56,026 bases of DNA from contig JAUCBJ010000538.1 of NCBI GenBank assembly GCA_032718475.1, positions 1 through 56,026 of the forward strand. Direction: 5' to 3'. Below are positions 12,415 to 24,343 of the stretch, in pieces. The DNA is from Nemertoderma westbladi (lineage: Eukaryota; Animalia; Xenacoelomorpha). The translations under genes were made by a program, and so were the position numbers. The notes under the pieces were generated by a model, which was not told the DNA's origin, made no database searches, and worked only from the letters and a program-made list of their open reading frames with translations. Every line of letters begins with the position of its first letter. The stretch's first letter is position 1.

Positions 12415-13427
12415 ACTGTATAACGTAAGGTAATTGTGATAGGAAAAATACACCGAGATAGTTGTAAGCTGTCAATCTAAAGTACAAATATAGGGTTGCA
12501 GGTTGGGTTATAAGGTTGGGAGAAGTTGATAGGGAAATCCCAGGAGTGGTCATGTGTCTACATACTGAATGGTCTAATTGGATTAGGTAGGTTACATAGG
12601 ATTATGAGGTATCTACTTAAAGCGCATGGTTAGGTAGAATGCAACATAATGATAGCTGTCTACATATTGGTTAAGGTGATGGGTTGCCGGGGAATTTTTA
12701 CAGAGTAAGAAATCACAAGAAACAGAAAAACCAAGACAAAAACAAAAAGGAAGATAGGGGAAAAGCACATAAAAACCCCGGAAATTCGCTATAGAGGGCA
12801 CTGTAGTTGTGTAAGATATAGAATATAGTGTGTATTATATAAAACGTTGGGTTTAGATTGCTGGTCTTGCTACGTTAAGTGGGGGGTTGTATGTATAGAT
12901 TAGGTAAGCTTTTCCGTAGTATTCATCCGTTCGTTTAATTATTATTACAGTACATTTACATTCACAGCCCAATCCCAATTCATTTATTTCTAAAGTGCCG
13001 ACATCGAATGTGGTGTGGAAATGGTGTGTAATCCCAAATCCCATACGATCTCAGCACTAGAGTTTCTTTATAAACTACTTTCTCTTATTGGTCCTTGCTT
13101 TCAGGTTGAATTACATTGTTAGTGTAGAGACTGTATGGGGGGTTTAGAAATATGCTACCGGGTAGGACTTCAAACCCACAGCGATTTCATAAAATTGGGA
13201 ATTAAGTATTATTTCCTATGGTAATGTTTATTTGAATTTATATAAATTTGGCATAGGGCCTAATATAATATAAAATAAGTTATTATCATTATTAATAATT
13301 ATCTATACTTGTATTGATTAAAACAACAGCTGGTCAATTACTTTATCAATTCGATGCGGATTAAGTCTCACCCACACTTAACTTTCATTTTGGAAGTATC
13401 AAATTTATGTATTTATTTTTATTTTAC

Positions 13428-13918
13428 TCCACAAAAATCTTGTAACTCATTCTTCTGTTTCAGCAGTTTATCGGTAAAAGTTTCCTCTTGTTCTTTCAGC
13501 CGGTCTGCTAAGATGTTGCCTTGCTCGCTTATTTGATTACTCAGATAGACTTTATTGGTGGCCAATAAAGTACTAACTATTACAATGCCAACTATTATTG
13601 CTACAAGTATTCCTGTAGTTACAATTAGTATCTTCTTCAAGTATTTTGACTCCGCTTGAGTTTTTTTGAGTTTGTTCGATACAGATTTCTCAAATCCTGG
13701 TGGCTGACCAACTTTCCAATCATAAATAACGCTATGATGAGGTTTTGTTGACCCAGCAAACTCAGTATCGGCATATGTATCGGATATTCTATTAACATAA
13801 TTAGTGTCTTCTTCATTTTTCATACGATTGGTTGGTCTATTTCCATAAGTTGAATAGTCAGGATTGGAGACAAGGGATGAAGTCAGTACAATGTCTCTTG
13901 GCAATGTCGAGGACATGC
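13428..13918 (-). CDS. Putative first coding exon of a type II single-pass membrane protein (Tyr-motif cytoplasmic tail, TM helix, coiled-coil neck)
   Basis: Acceptor TTTCAG|GC then ATG at 13916; open for 163 codons to a candidate donor GA|GTAAAA at 13427. Contains NPDY, a hydrophobic stretch ILIVTTGILVAIIVGIVIVSTLLA after KYLKK, then a heptad-like segment. Confidence 0.6.
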
Positions 13919-14084
13919 CTGAAATTTTATGATCAAATATTAAAAAAGTATCATTTAGAATTATATGATTAATAACTATTGTGTTTATTAAAAAAATACA
14001 GTTTAGTATAGAAACAGTATAGATATATTTATACATTATGTTAACACGATAACAATACACCAAACAAGGTATATGGGTATTCTC

Positions 14085-14117
14085 CATGGCCTACTACACA
14101 CTGTGTAGTAGGCCATG
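14085..14117. mobile_element. P-element-type excision footprint (17 + 16 bp of TIR ends)
   Basis: CATGGCCTACTACACAC-TGTGTAGTAGGCCATG matches the TIR ends of 20638-22482. Flanked by 8-bp GTATTCTC and GTATTGTC. Confidence 0.85.
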
Positions 14118-14132
14118 GTATTGTCCAACATA

Positions 14133-14521
14133 ACACATTCGTGCGGCCTTCGCGCAGCACGAGTCTCAGTTAACCTGAGAAGATGTAATCCGAGTACTTG
14201 TTTGTATATACAATACGCCGCCACAGAACATCAGAATCTTTCTATACATTTGACAGACATGTTTACCAAGTTTGGTCTAATTTCCTCAATTATTGATCGA
14301 CTTATTTCGACTAACGGTACCGACCGTCTGATTTTTCACCAAACTTCATATTGATTCTAAACTTTTGACTACATATGTACTAAGTTTAAGTTTGGTTAAA
14401 TTTCATCAAGGAATGACTGAGTTATTAGCGATCAAAAATTGAACGACGACAGACGACGCCAGACAACTCGTTAATCGTACCCATATGTTAAGGCTTCGCT
14501 CACTTCGTGGCTTGCCCCATA
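14133..14521 (-). mobile_element. Short copy of the Crypton/HINE-like family
   Basis: Reverse complements of both family termini (GTGCGGCCTTCGCGCAGCACGAG ... CTTCGTGGCTTGCCCCATA). Confidence 0.7.
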
Positions 14522-17057
14522 TATAGGATTACCGTAAAGCTTTGCAGCTTATTTACAACGGGGTCCTTTATGTTACTTTGTTACAAATAGAATATTTCTC
14601 AAAATTACTACACTATCCTAAAACTAATATAAAATGTATGTAATTATTCTACGTACAACTGCGTGTGACAATGCCTGACTCAACGGTAAAGATGTAAATA
14701 TATGCCTACAGTACTATTTATAAAACGTAATTAAAGTATACTGTAAATTATTAATAACCTAATAACTTACTGTAGTAGCCCACTATTGCATTTATTTTTA
14801 CATCGTTTTACACCGTTTACACCGTTTATTTCCAGCCGTTTATAATTTCTTAAGGAAGTTTTAATAAACAATCAATATGTAATAATTATATAAATATAGA
14901 ATAATTAGCAACTATAATCATCAAATCAAATTACAGTATGTCTATCTATGATCTCACCTTTGGTTTTATGTAGTTGGAAATACTTAACATTATTGCCTAG
15001 AATGTACACATATATCGTATAATATTCTGCTGATAACACTACATATTAACTTGAACTTTACTAATGTCTCCCATTCAATGTAGATTAATTGGTAGCCTCG
15101 TCTCAGGAACAGGTTCATAGTACTTCCTGGTGCTCAAGATATATATTCCAACTATGACAACTAGAACGCCATTAAGATGGCTTTAAACGAACCTGTCTTA
15201 AACAGACTCCAAGAAACAGATGGGATTGGAAGATGCCTAACCAAGAATGACTTGCATCAACCAAAAACTGCCTCCCATTTAATGTAATTATTATTATTAT
15301 TATTTATTTTAATGCAGCCAAAAAGCCATAGTAAAAATACAGAGTCAAGCACAAAAGTAAAGTATGTACATACAAGGTAATATTATCATTAAGGTACATA
15401 ATTAAGAATGTGGGGCGAGCCACGAAGTGAGTGAGCCTTAGCGTAGTGGTACCATTAATCAACCTGTGGGGCGAGCCACGAAGTGAGTGAGCCTTAGCGT
15501 AGTGGTACCATTAATCAACCTGTCGTTCTGTCGTTCTGTCGCGTTTTTTTTCAGCATTTTATTTTAAACGTTAATAACTCGGCCAATCCTTGATGAAATC
15601 TATCCAAACTTGGTACACATGTTGTTTGGCAAAAGTTTGAAAATTTTCCAAGTAGAATTTGCGTGGGGCCTTCGTGCAGCATCAGTGTAACTGTTATTGC
15701 AGTTATAATAAATTTATTTATCCAAATTTAAAATGCGTTAAATTATTATTACTGTAGGATAAATCAGCTGGGTTTCCCTGTCAAATTTTGCAATTCTGCA
15801 TGTACCATGTGTACCGGTACTGTCAGGCTGTACTCAATCCCTGAATCGAGAATCCTGCAATCAGTCAATACTGCAATACTGGTCAGCCGGTACCATACAC
15901 TGCAGACATGCCATATCATGTAATCTAATTAAACATGGCCCCGGAACCCTTGCGGTGATTATAGTTTAGGCCTAATTAGCCCAGTACCGGCACCGGTAAT
16001 AATAATATAATAGTTTAGATAGTTACCGCTAATCATTCAGTCATTGGCACGGTACACCGTATTGCTGTACTGCCGTTGTAGTGCGCACCGTAGGTACCAC
16101 CCATGGCCTACTACACACAGGCCATGACAAGGACTTTGCTGTGAAATTAGCGTAGGCTGACTGTGCTGATTATGGTACTGTCAGACTGTGGTACCTAAGC
16201 TATATACTGTTAGGTATATTGCTGTATTGGGGTGGGGTTAGGAATAATCCATTTGTTTTAGCATTGAACTGTTGAATCCCCTTATTTATTATAAAACCAT
16301 TGGAAATATTCGCAAATGCCGCTCCATTACTGTCTGAAACGCTCCCGACAGTCCGATGTATCTGGACCCGAGCAGCTGAGTTGCTTCAAGAGGTGATTAA
16401 CGGGGGAATACTACGGAATTGCTTGTTTGTCAGTACGATTCTATTTGGGTATTTACTACACTCAGACACTGGGAATACGGCGGTCGGTCAGATCGTAATG
16501 CGGGCCACTGCCAAGTTCCTCATGCCTCACTCCGGTCACGCACCTTCCACCTTGGAGTGCGGTGGGAAGAGTCCCACTTACTGACTTACGTCGACGACTG
16601 GACGAATCGACGAGGATTGTGATCTGGGTTTAGCGGCGGCCCGGATCCTGGGATCGCCTGGGGGAAATGGTTGAACGTTGGGCAGACGTTATCGCACTGG
16701 ATTACGTTCTCTGTGACGCGAAAGTGTGAAGCGAATTCGTTGTCGAATTGGGTCAGAAGCTGCGGGAATTCTACTGTTCTACGGGAGTAAACCGCAGCGG
16801 TCCGGTGACTACGGACGGATACTACTGGGATAAGCAGGTATTTCGATCGAGTTTCTCGTATTCTCGATGCTCGAGGCGGATAGAGAGTTGGTTGTGTTGG
16901 GCGGTGTTGTTCAATTCTATCAAACATATTAAATAATTGGTAAAATAATAAAAACACACCAGATAAAGATACTGAGCTTATGGTAAAGAGATAGGCCGAA
17001 CTTACAATTTCCAAATAGATTGTTCATATAATAAATATATTTTTGGTATTTGATTTC

Positions 17058-17314
17058 AAGATAGGGGGGGGGGGGGGGAACTGGACGCAATAAAAATTCA
17101 TCCCTCTCCAGGGGAAATTGGACGCAAATAACAACAGCTGATTACTCTCAAAAATAAAACTGTAACCTGTTCTATTGTGTTTACTTTATTGTTTTGGTTA
17201 AAATAACGTGCCACTGTAACCTGCTCCTTTCCCAAAATTTAGAAATTAATATTGAGGCGGGATATTAATTCGCCAAGATGGGATTTGCGTCCAGTCCCAC
17301 CCCCCTCCTATCTC
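17058..17314. mobile_element. Small MITE nested in the P-like element (second copy at 21587-21843)
   Basis: Inverted ends AGATAGGG...ACTGGACGCAA and TTGCGTCCAGT...CCTATCT; flanking direct repeat TTGATTTC(A). Confidence 0.65.
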
Positions 17315-17654
17315 TTGATTTCACTAAAAAATAGAATACATTGCATTTTACTGTTATAATTACTGTATTGAATAAAATAATTAATTGATTGTTTATTAAA
17401 CCGTGCTAAGCACGTTGAACTGGAGCTCTAACAATTCCCCACTAGCGGCAGGCAGGAACTGTAAAAGTCTCTGTAGAATTTCTAATTAAGCAATGCTCTT
17501 AAGTAACTACTACTAAATTTCAGATGAATCTGATCTTTGGTTCTATAATTACAGCTATTTTTACGTTTCTGTTAATTCGCCCCCTAGCGGCAGACCGGGG
17601 AACTGTAGAAGTCTGTCTGTGTGTAGAATTTCTAAATTTTTTATAGACTACATG

Positions 17655-18889
17655 TGTAAAAGCCTTTGCTGAATTGCCCCGTTATTTTTATTATCTTTTA
17701 CATTAAAATACTCTGTAGTTGATTTAATAAGTGTAAGAGACCGTATTATTGCTGTATCGGTGTTTTTAGAGGATCTAAGACCTATTTCCTCCGTATGTGT
17801 ACTGTGAAAGGCATATTTTATGATTCTATGGCAATTCGTGACGCAAAGGGGTGATAGCTACTCTTGAACAGTAGTTACTATGACTACGGTTAACAGCTGA
17901 CATTCATACGTGTTGATTTCCTTTGTTCTACGGCGTCTCTCAGTTCAGTCAGCCAATTAGAGCGTTTTTGTGGCTCCTTGTACAGAAAATTTCCGAGAAA
18001 TGACGCAATGCCTATGTGCAGTGTTTACATTCAGTCCTGAGCCAAAGAAAGAACGGCTTGGAAGTATTTTGTGCTTTACTGTTTTAGCCGTACACTAGTA
18101 GGCTTAATCATAAGGACATATATCCGTTATCTAACTTGACTAACCTAGCTCAATGCAATCAATGCATACTGCAGTACTGCATACACTGCATACTGTGTAA
18201 CACTGTGCATACTTTATATTGTTATACTGCTATTTGCTGTCTGTACTTCATAATTTGGTTGATGAATTATTATATTTGGAATAACGATAAATAACCCCGA
18301 AAACCCAATATTCTTGATATACTGAAGGTAAGAGAGAAAGGTTATACATAACGATTGTGACTTATGTTAAAGTGGTTTGAAGTGAATCTAATGTTATTTG
18401 ATAGCCCCTACATGAGTCAGTCTGTGTTCCTTTTATATGTAACTAAAATCAGTGAAGATCGGCAGATCAGTGTGCAGTATTGTGCAGCATTGTGTGCGGG
18501 TGATACTGATAACGAAGCATTTCCTAAAGAATGTGCCATATATGTGAATTATAATTAAGCCATATCGTTGTGAGTAGTTTAAGTCATAACTCTGTTTATA
18601 TAAATAAAGCGCCACGTCCTAAAGGAACTGTTGATATTCCCGAAGGTGAATAATATTGTCAGAGATTATATAATACTGTCAGTCGAATAATACATTAAGC
18701 TTACATAGCAATAAAATTAAGCCGTCGAACCCAATCTCCCGGGAATTATCCAGCGGGTGAATGATCGCGCACAGATTGGTTTCGACTAGTGTAGTGAATC
18801 AAATATTTGTCATCGGCTAAAGTGATTTATTATCTAACAGACATCCTAATTTGGCGGGTTAAACTGCCAAAGGTCTGAAAGCGCGAACA
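17655..18889 (+). mobile_element. Solo LTR of the BEL/Pao family (subfamily 2, 1235 bp)
   Basis: TGTAAAAGC...GCGCGAACA flanked by 5-bp TSD ACATG. The empty site (single ACATG) is at 22179-22183 in the duplicate. Confidence 0.95.
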
Positions 18890-19258
18890 ACATGTATACC
18901 AAGTTTGGTTCCATTTCATCCATGATTGACCGACTTATTAGCTTTTCAAACATTCCTGCCACAAACATAGCCAGAGGCAGCCACAAACAAATAAAAGCTG
19001 CAGGGTAGTTGGCCATGGTACCACCCTACTACCGGTACTGGCTGACCGCGTGACCGGTGGCAACTAGTACTTCAGCACTTGCACAGCAACAGCACTACCG
19101 GCGATACACAGGTTGAAATTTATGTAGAGTTTGCTCAACAGTACAGATATAAAATAGTTATCTAAATTATATATATTACTATTGACAAGTATTGAAATAT
19201 ATACCGTTATTCGTGTTATCAGTATTTGCAACATCTGACATTGAAGAGGTGAGAGAAG

Positions 19259-19720
19259 ATGAATACCGGCACTCAACAAAACCAACGCTTATCACAGGTC
19301 GGTATGGTTACCTCGAAACCAGCGCGACTGTCCACTCGAATACAACTTCAAAACACAAACGCCAACAATAAACTGAAAGCGAATCGAACGTCTTCAGAAG
19401 AATCTGTCATTGGGACGAAGAAAAGGAAGCCGAAACCACGGGAATGGACCACAGCTAAGATTGAATGCTCCCATTGTCAGAGTTCCTGGACCGAAATTGA
19501 AACACCAATTGCCGATGGGCTTGATCTCTCAAACCAAAACTTCCACTGCGGGGTTTGCGTGGCAGTAAAGATTGAAAGTCTGGAAGCTGGCATCCCTAGG
19601 TATTATTATTATAAAGAGCGTCAGCCTGCGTTTAATAAATATAATATTTTAATACAAAACAGGTCGAACGCAAAGAGGCTTATAATGAAGACGAGTACTG
19701 CATTGATTATATTCCTATAA
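19259..19720 (+). pseudogene. LINE ORF1-like fragment with PHD-like Cys motifs (duplicate at 22724-23182)
   Basis: IECSHCQSSW...FHCGVC...KIESLE resembles CR1/L2-group ORF1 N-termini; basic patch KKRKPK. Confidence 0.45.
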
Positions 19721-20018
19721 ACCACCTGGCTTTGCATATTGAACGTGCGTTTGGAAATAAGTTCGTGCTACCCTTCCGTGGGTGGTAGATGTCGCGGTAA
19801 TGTATTGGTGGGTGGGGGGAGGGGGGGGGGGGGGGGGGGTGCAGATTAAAAGGGGTGAGCACGTACTGTCCCCCTTTCTTTGATTAATTGGTGGTGTGGG
19901 TTAATCTCTCATAACCTGATTTTGTGATACAGTCGCACAATTTTAATTTGTATCTCATAACTGGGCCTCGTGCTGCGCGAAGGCCCCACGAACGTGTCGT
20001 TCTGTTGTTCTGTCGCGT

Positions 20019-23000
20019 GAGCCACGAAGTGAGTGAGCCTTAGCGTAGTGGTACCATTAATCAACCTGTCGTTCTGTCGCGTTTTTTTTCAGTATTTTAT
20101 TTTAAACGTTAATAACTCGGCCAATCCTTGATGAAATCTATCCAAACTTGGTACACATGTTGTTTGGCAAAAGTTTGAAAATTTTCCAAGTAGAATTTGC
20201 GTGGGGCCTTCGTGCAGCATCAGTGTAACTGTTATTGCAGTTATAATAAATTTATTTATCCAAATTTAAAATGCGTTAAATTATTATTACTGTAGGATAA
20301 ATCAGCTGGGTTTCTGACAAATTTTGCAATTCTGCATGTACCATGTGTACCGGTACTGTCAGGCTGTACTCAATCCCTGAATCGAGAATCCTGCAATCAG
20401 TCAATACTGCAATACTGGTCAGCCGGTACCATACACTGCAGACATGCCATATCATGTAATCTAATTAAACATGGCCCGGCAACCCTTGCGGTGATTATAG
20501 TTTAGGCCTAATTAGCCCAGTACCGGCACCGGTAATAATAATATAATAGTTTAGATAGTTACCGCTAATCATTCAGTCATTGGCACGGTACACCGTATTG
20601 CTGTACTGCCGTTGTAGTGCGCACCGTAGGTACCACCCATGGCCTACTACACACAGGCCATGACAAGGACTTTGCTGTGAAATTAGCGTAGGCTGACTGT
20701 GCTGATTATGGTACTGTCAGACTGTGGTACCTAAGCTATATACTGTTAGGTATATTGCTGTATTGGGGTGGGGTTAGGAATAATCCATTTGTTTTAGCAT
20801 TGAACTGTTGAATCCCCTTATTTATTATAAAACCATTGGAAATATTCGCAAATGCCGCTCCATTACTGTCTGAAACGCTCCCGACAGTCCGATGTATCTG
20901 GACCCGAGCAGCCGAGTTGCTTCAAGAGGTGATTAACGGGGGAATACTACGGAATTGCTTGTTTGTCAGTACGATTCTATTTGGGTATTTACTACACTCA
21001 GACACTGGGAATACGGCGGTCGGTCAGATCGTAATGCGGGCCACTGCCAAGTTCCTCATGCCTCACTCCGGTCACCCACCTTGGAGTGCGGTGGGAAGAG
21101 TCCCACTTACTGACTTACGTCGACGACTGGACGAATCGACGAGGATTGTGATCTGGGTTTAGCGGCGGCCCGGATCCTGGGATCGCCTGGGGGAAATGGT
21201 TGAACGTTGGGCAGACGTTATCGCACTGGATTACGTTCTCTGTGACGCGAAAGTGTGAAGCGAATTCGTTGTCGAATTGGGTCGGAAGCTGCGGGAATTC
21301 TACTGTTCTACGGGAGTAAACCGCAGCGGTCCGGTGACTACGGACGGATACTACTGGGATAAGCAGGTATTTCGATCGAGTTTCTCGTATTCTCGATGCT
21401 CGAGGCGGATAGAGAGTTGGTTGTGTTGGGCGGTGTTGTTCAATTCTATCAAACATATTAAATAATTGGTAAAATAATAAAAACACACCAGATAAAGATA
21501 CTGAGCTTATGGTAAAGAGATAGGCCGAACTTACAATTTCCAAATAGATTGTTCATATAATAAATATATTTTTGGTATTTGATTTCAAGATAGGGGGGGG
21601 GGGGGGGAACTGGACGCAATAAAAATTCATCCCTCTCCAGGGGAAATTGGACGCAAATAACAACAGCTGATTACTCTCAAAAATAAAACTGTAACCTGTT
21701 CTATTGTGTTTACTTTATTGTTTTGGTTAAAATAACGTGCCACTGTAACCTGCTCCTTTCCCAAAATTTAGAAATTAATATTGAGGCGGGATATTAATTC
21801 GCCAAGATGGGATTTGCGTCCAGTCCCACCCCCCTCCTATCTCTTGATTTCACTAAAAAATAGAATACATTGCATTTTACTGTTATAATTACTGTATTGA
21901 ATAAAATAATTAATTGATTGTTTATTAAACCGTGCTAAGCACGTTGAACTGGAGCTCTAACAATTCCCCACTAGCGGCAGGCAGGAACTGTAAAAGTCTC
22001 TGTAGAATTTCTAATTAAGCAATGCTCTTAGGTAACTACTACTAAATTTCAGATGAATCTGATCTTTGGTTCTATAATTACAGCTATTTTTACGTTTCTG
22101 TTAATTCGCCCCCTAGCGGCAGACCGGGGAACTGTAGAAGTCTGTCTGTGTGTAGAATTTCTAAATTTTTTATAGACTACATGTGTACCAAGTTTGGTTC
22201 CATTTCATCCATGATTGACCGACTTATTAGCTTTTCAAACATTCCTGCCACAAACATAGCCAGAGGCAGCCACAAACAAATAAAAGCTGCAGGAACTCGA
22301 GCGTTAATTAATTTATTAATTATTAAATACTGTTTCAATTAAATTCTTTACGAAAATCTAGTCATCTTCTTTTAAATATGGACCCTGCATTCATGGAAAA
22401 TATAATATTTGATAATTCATCAGTCAGCCTACGCTAATTTCACAGCAAAGTCCTTGTCATGGCCTGTGTGTAGTAGGCCATGGTACCACCCTACTACCGG
22501 TACCGGCTGACCGCGTGACCGGTGGCAACTAGCACTTCAGCACTTGCACAGCAACAGCACTACCGGCGATACACAGGTTGAAATTTATGTAGAGTTTGCT
22601 CAACAGTACAGATATAAAATAGTTATCTAAATTATATATATTACTATTGACAAGTATTGAAATATATACCGTTATTCGTGTTATCAGTATTTGCAACATC
22701 TGACATTGAAGAGGTGAGAGAAGATGAATACCGGCACTCAACAAAACCAACGCTTATCACAGGTCGGTATGGTTACCTCGAAACCGGCGCGACTGTCCAC
22801 TCGAATACAACTTCAAAACACAAACGCCAACAATAAACTGAAAGCGAATCGAACGTCTTCAGAAGAATCTGTCATTGGGACGAAGAAAAGGAAGCCGAAA
22901 CCACGGGAATGGACCACAGCTAAGATTGAATGCTCCCATTGTCAGAGTTCCTGGACCGAAATTGAAACACCAATTGCCGATGGGCTTGATCTCTCAAACC

Positions 23001-23453
23001 AAAACTTCCTCTGCGGGGTTTGCGCGGCAGTAAAGATTGAAAGTCTGGAAGCTGGCATCCCTAGGTATTATTATTATAAAGAGCGTCAGCCTGCGTTTAA
23101 TAAATATATTTTAATACAAAACAGGTCGAACGCAAAGAGGCTTATAATGAAGACGAGTACTGCATTGATTATATTCCTATAAACCACCTGGCTTTGCATA
23201 TTGAACGTGCGTTTGGAAATAAGTTCGTGCTACCCTTCCGTGGGTGGTAGATGTCGCGGTTATGTATTGGTGGGTGGGGGGAGGGGGGGGGGGGGTGCAG
23301 ATTAAAAGGGGTGAACACGTACTGTCCCCCTTTCTTTGATTAATTGGTGGTGTGGGTTAATCTCTCATAACCTGATTTTGTGATACAGTCGCACAATTTT
23401 AATTTGTATCTCATAACTGGGCCTCGTGCTGCGCGAAGGCCCCACGAACGTGT
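20019..23453 (+). mobile_element. Composite Crypton/HINE-like element, tandem copy 2
   Basis: Direct near-identical duplicate of copy 1, without the solo LTR. Confidence 0.8.
20638..22482. mobile_element. P-superfamily-like non-autonomous DNA transposon (1845 bp)
   Basis: Perfect 62-bp TIRs starting CATGGCC (20638-20699 and 22421-22482); 8-bp TSD GTACCACC; no transposase ORF. Confidence 0.88.
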
Positions 23454-23951
23454 AACCTGCACCTCCTCAATTATTGGTAATGATAGAAATGCATTATTGT
23501 AATGACGTTACCTGTTTACCGGGTGTTTGAAAAATGTGGACTGGATACAGAAAACATGGACAATGGATAGGACAGACCAATCGCGGGCGAGTTGCGTCAC
23601 AAAGCATGTCCACCTTGACCTTATTCAGCTTTGTTGTCTACCTTTTTCAAATTTGAAAAAAGGTGGACTGGGTTGAGAAAGAACAGGTAATGAAATGACC
23701 AATCAGATTGATTTGCACATTATATTGTACTGTAGCAGCTCTGTCCACATTCTTCAACAATTTTCAGGAGGTTTTTAAGGATTATTGTTATTATTATCCC
23801 ATACAGTACTTACTGTGACCAACCGAAGTTATCCAAGTAGAGTAGTTCAATAATCTGGGGCGAGCCACGAAGTCTGTGAGCTGAGCCTTAGCATCAATAT
23901 TTGAACGTTAATATTCTAACACATTACGCGTTAATTAATAACTACTGTATC

Positions 23952-24094
23952 TATTGTACGGTAAATATATGCTTTATTTAATGTACCGTTTGTCCAGAGA
24001 TCTGTTATTAAACTACCGAGCGCAGCGAGTTTGGGTAAATAAGACAGATGGAGGCGCAAAAAGGTCAATAAAGTATTTTATTTATAGTACAATA
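23952..24094. repeat. Long imperfect palindrome with CGAGCGCAGCGAG centre
   Basis: Arms TATTGTAC/GTACAATA, CTTTATT/AATAAAG and ATCTGT/ACAGAT. Confidence 0.7.
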
Positions 24095-24116
24095 TAGGCC
24101 CCTATGTAGTTTTATT

Positions 24117-24343
24117 GACACTTGTGTCAAAAAGGGGACCCTTCTTCTAACCTGCTAATCTTGAAATCGCCTAAACTGAAGTCACTAGTGCCCGGTTAGT
24201 AAAGGAGAAGGTTACAGATGCGAGTTGAAAGGAACCAAAACAATAAACGAGAGTTAGAAATATTGTTATCACCTGATAAATTGGTGATAAACAGGTGATT
24301 TCAGTTAGCAGATTAGGAGGGTCCCCTATTTGTCACTAGTGCC
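24117..24343. mobile_element. Small MITE with ~55-bp imperfect TIRs
   Basis: GACACTTGTGTCAAAAAGGGGACCCT... versus ...AGGGTCCCCTATTTGTCACTAGTGCC. Confidence 0.6.

Larger units (their letters stand above)
10560..13050 (-). mobile_element. Penelope-like element 3' remnant, split by the 10714-12414 insertion
   Basis: GIY-YIG-like C-terminus KAYLIYTYNPPLN (ORF 12853-13044) and a hammerhead-like core at 10575-10608. The sequence on both sides of the insertion aligns with an uninterrupted homolog at ~25590-25820 (+). Confidence 0.55.
16102..19017. mobile_element. P-like non-autonomous element, copy 1 (right TIR mostly deleted)
   Basis: TSD GTACCACC at 16094-16101 and 19018-19025; left TIR intact. 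Confidence 0.8.
15409..19997 (+). mobile_element. Composite Crypton/HINE-like element, tandem copy 1, with nested P-like element, MITE and solo LTR
   Basis: Family termini at both ends and a 55-bp duplication of the 5' end. Near-identical to 20019-23453 apart from the LTR insertion and a deletion of about 180 bp. Confidence 0.8.

Noticed and set aside
13919-14087. N-terminal extension of the 222-aa ORF
   Set aside because: AT-rich intron-like sequence upstream of a splice acceptor; its ATG comes from the P-like footprint.
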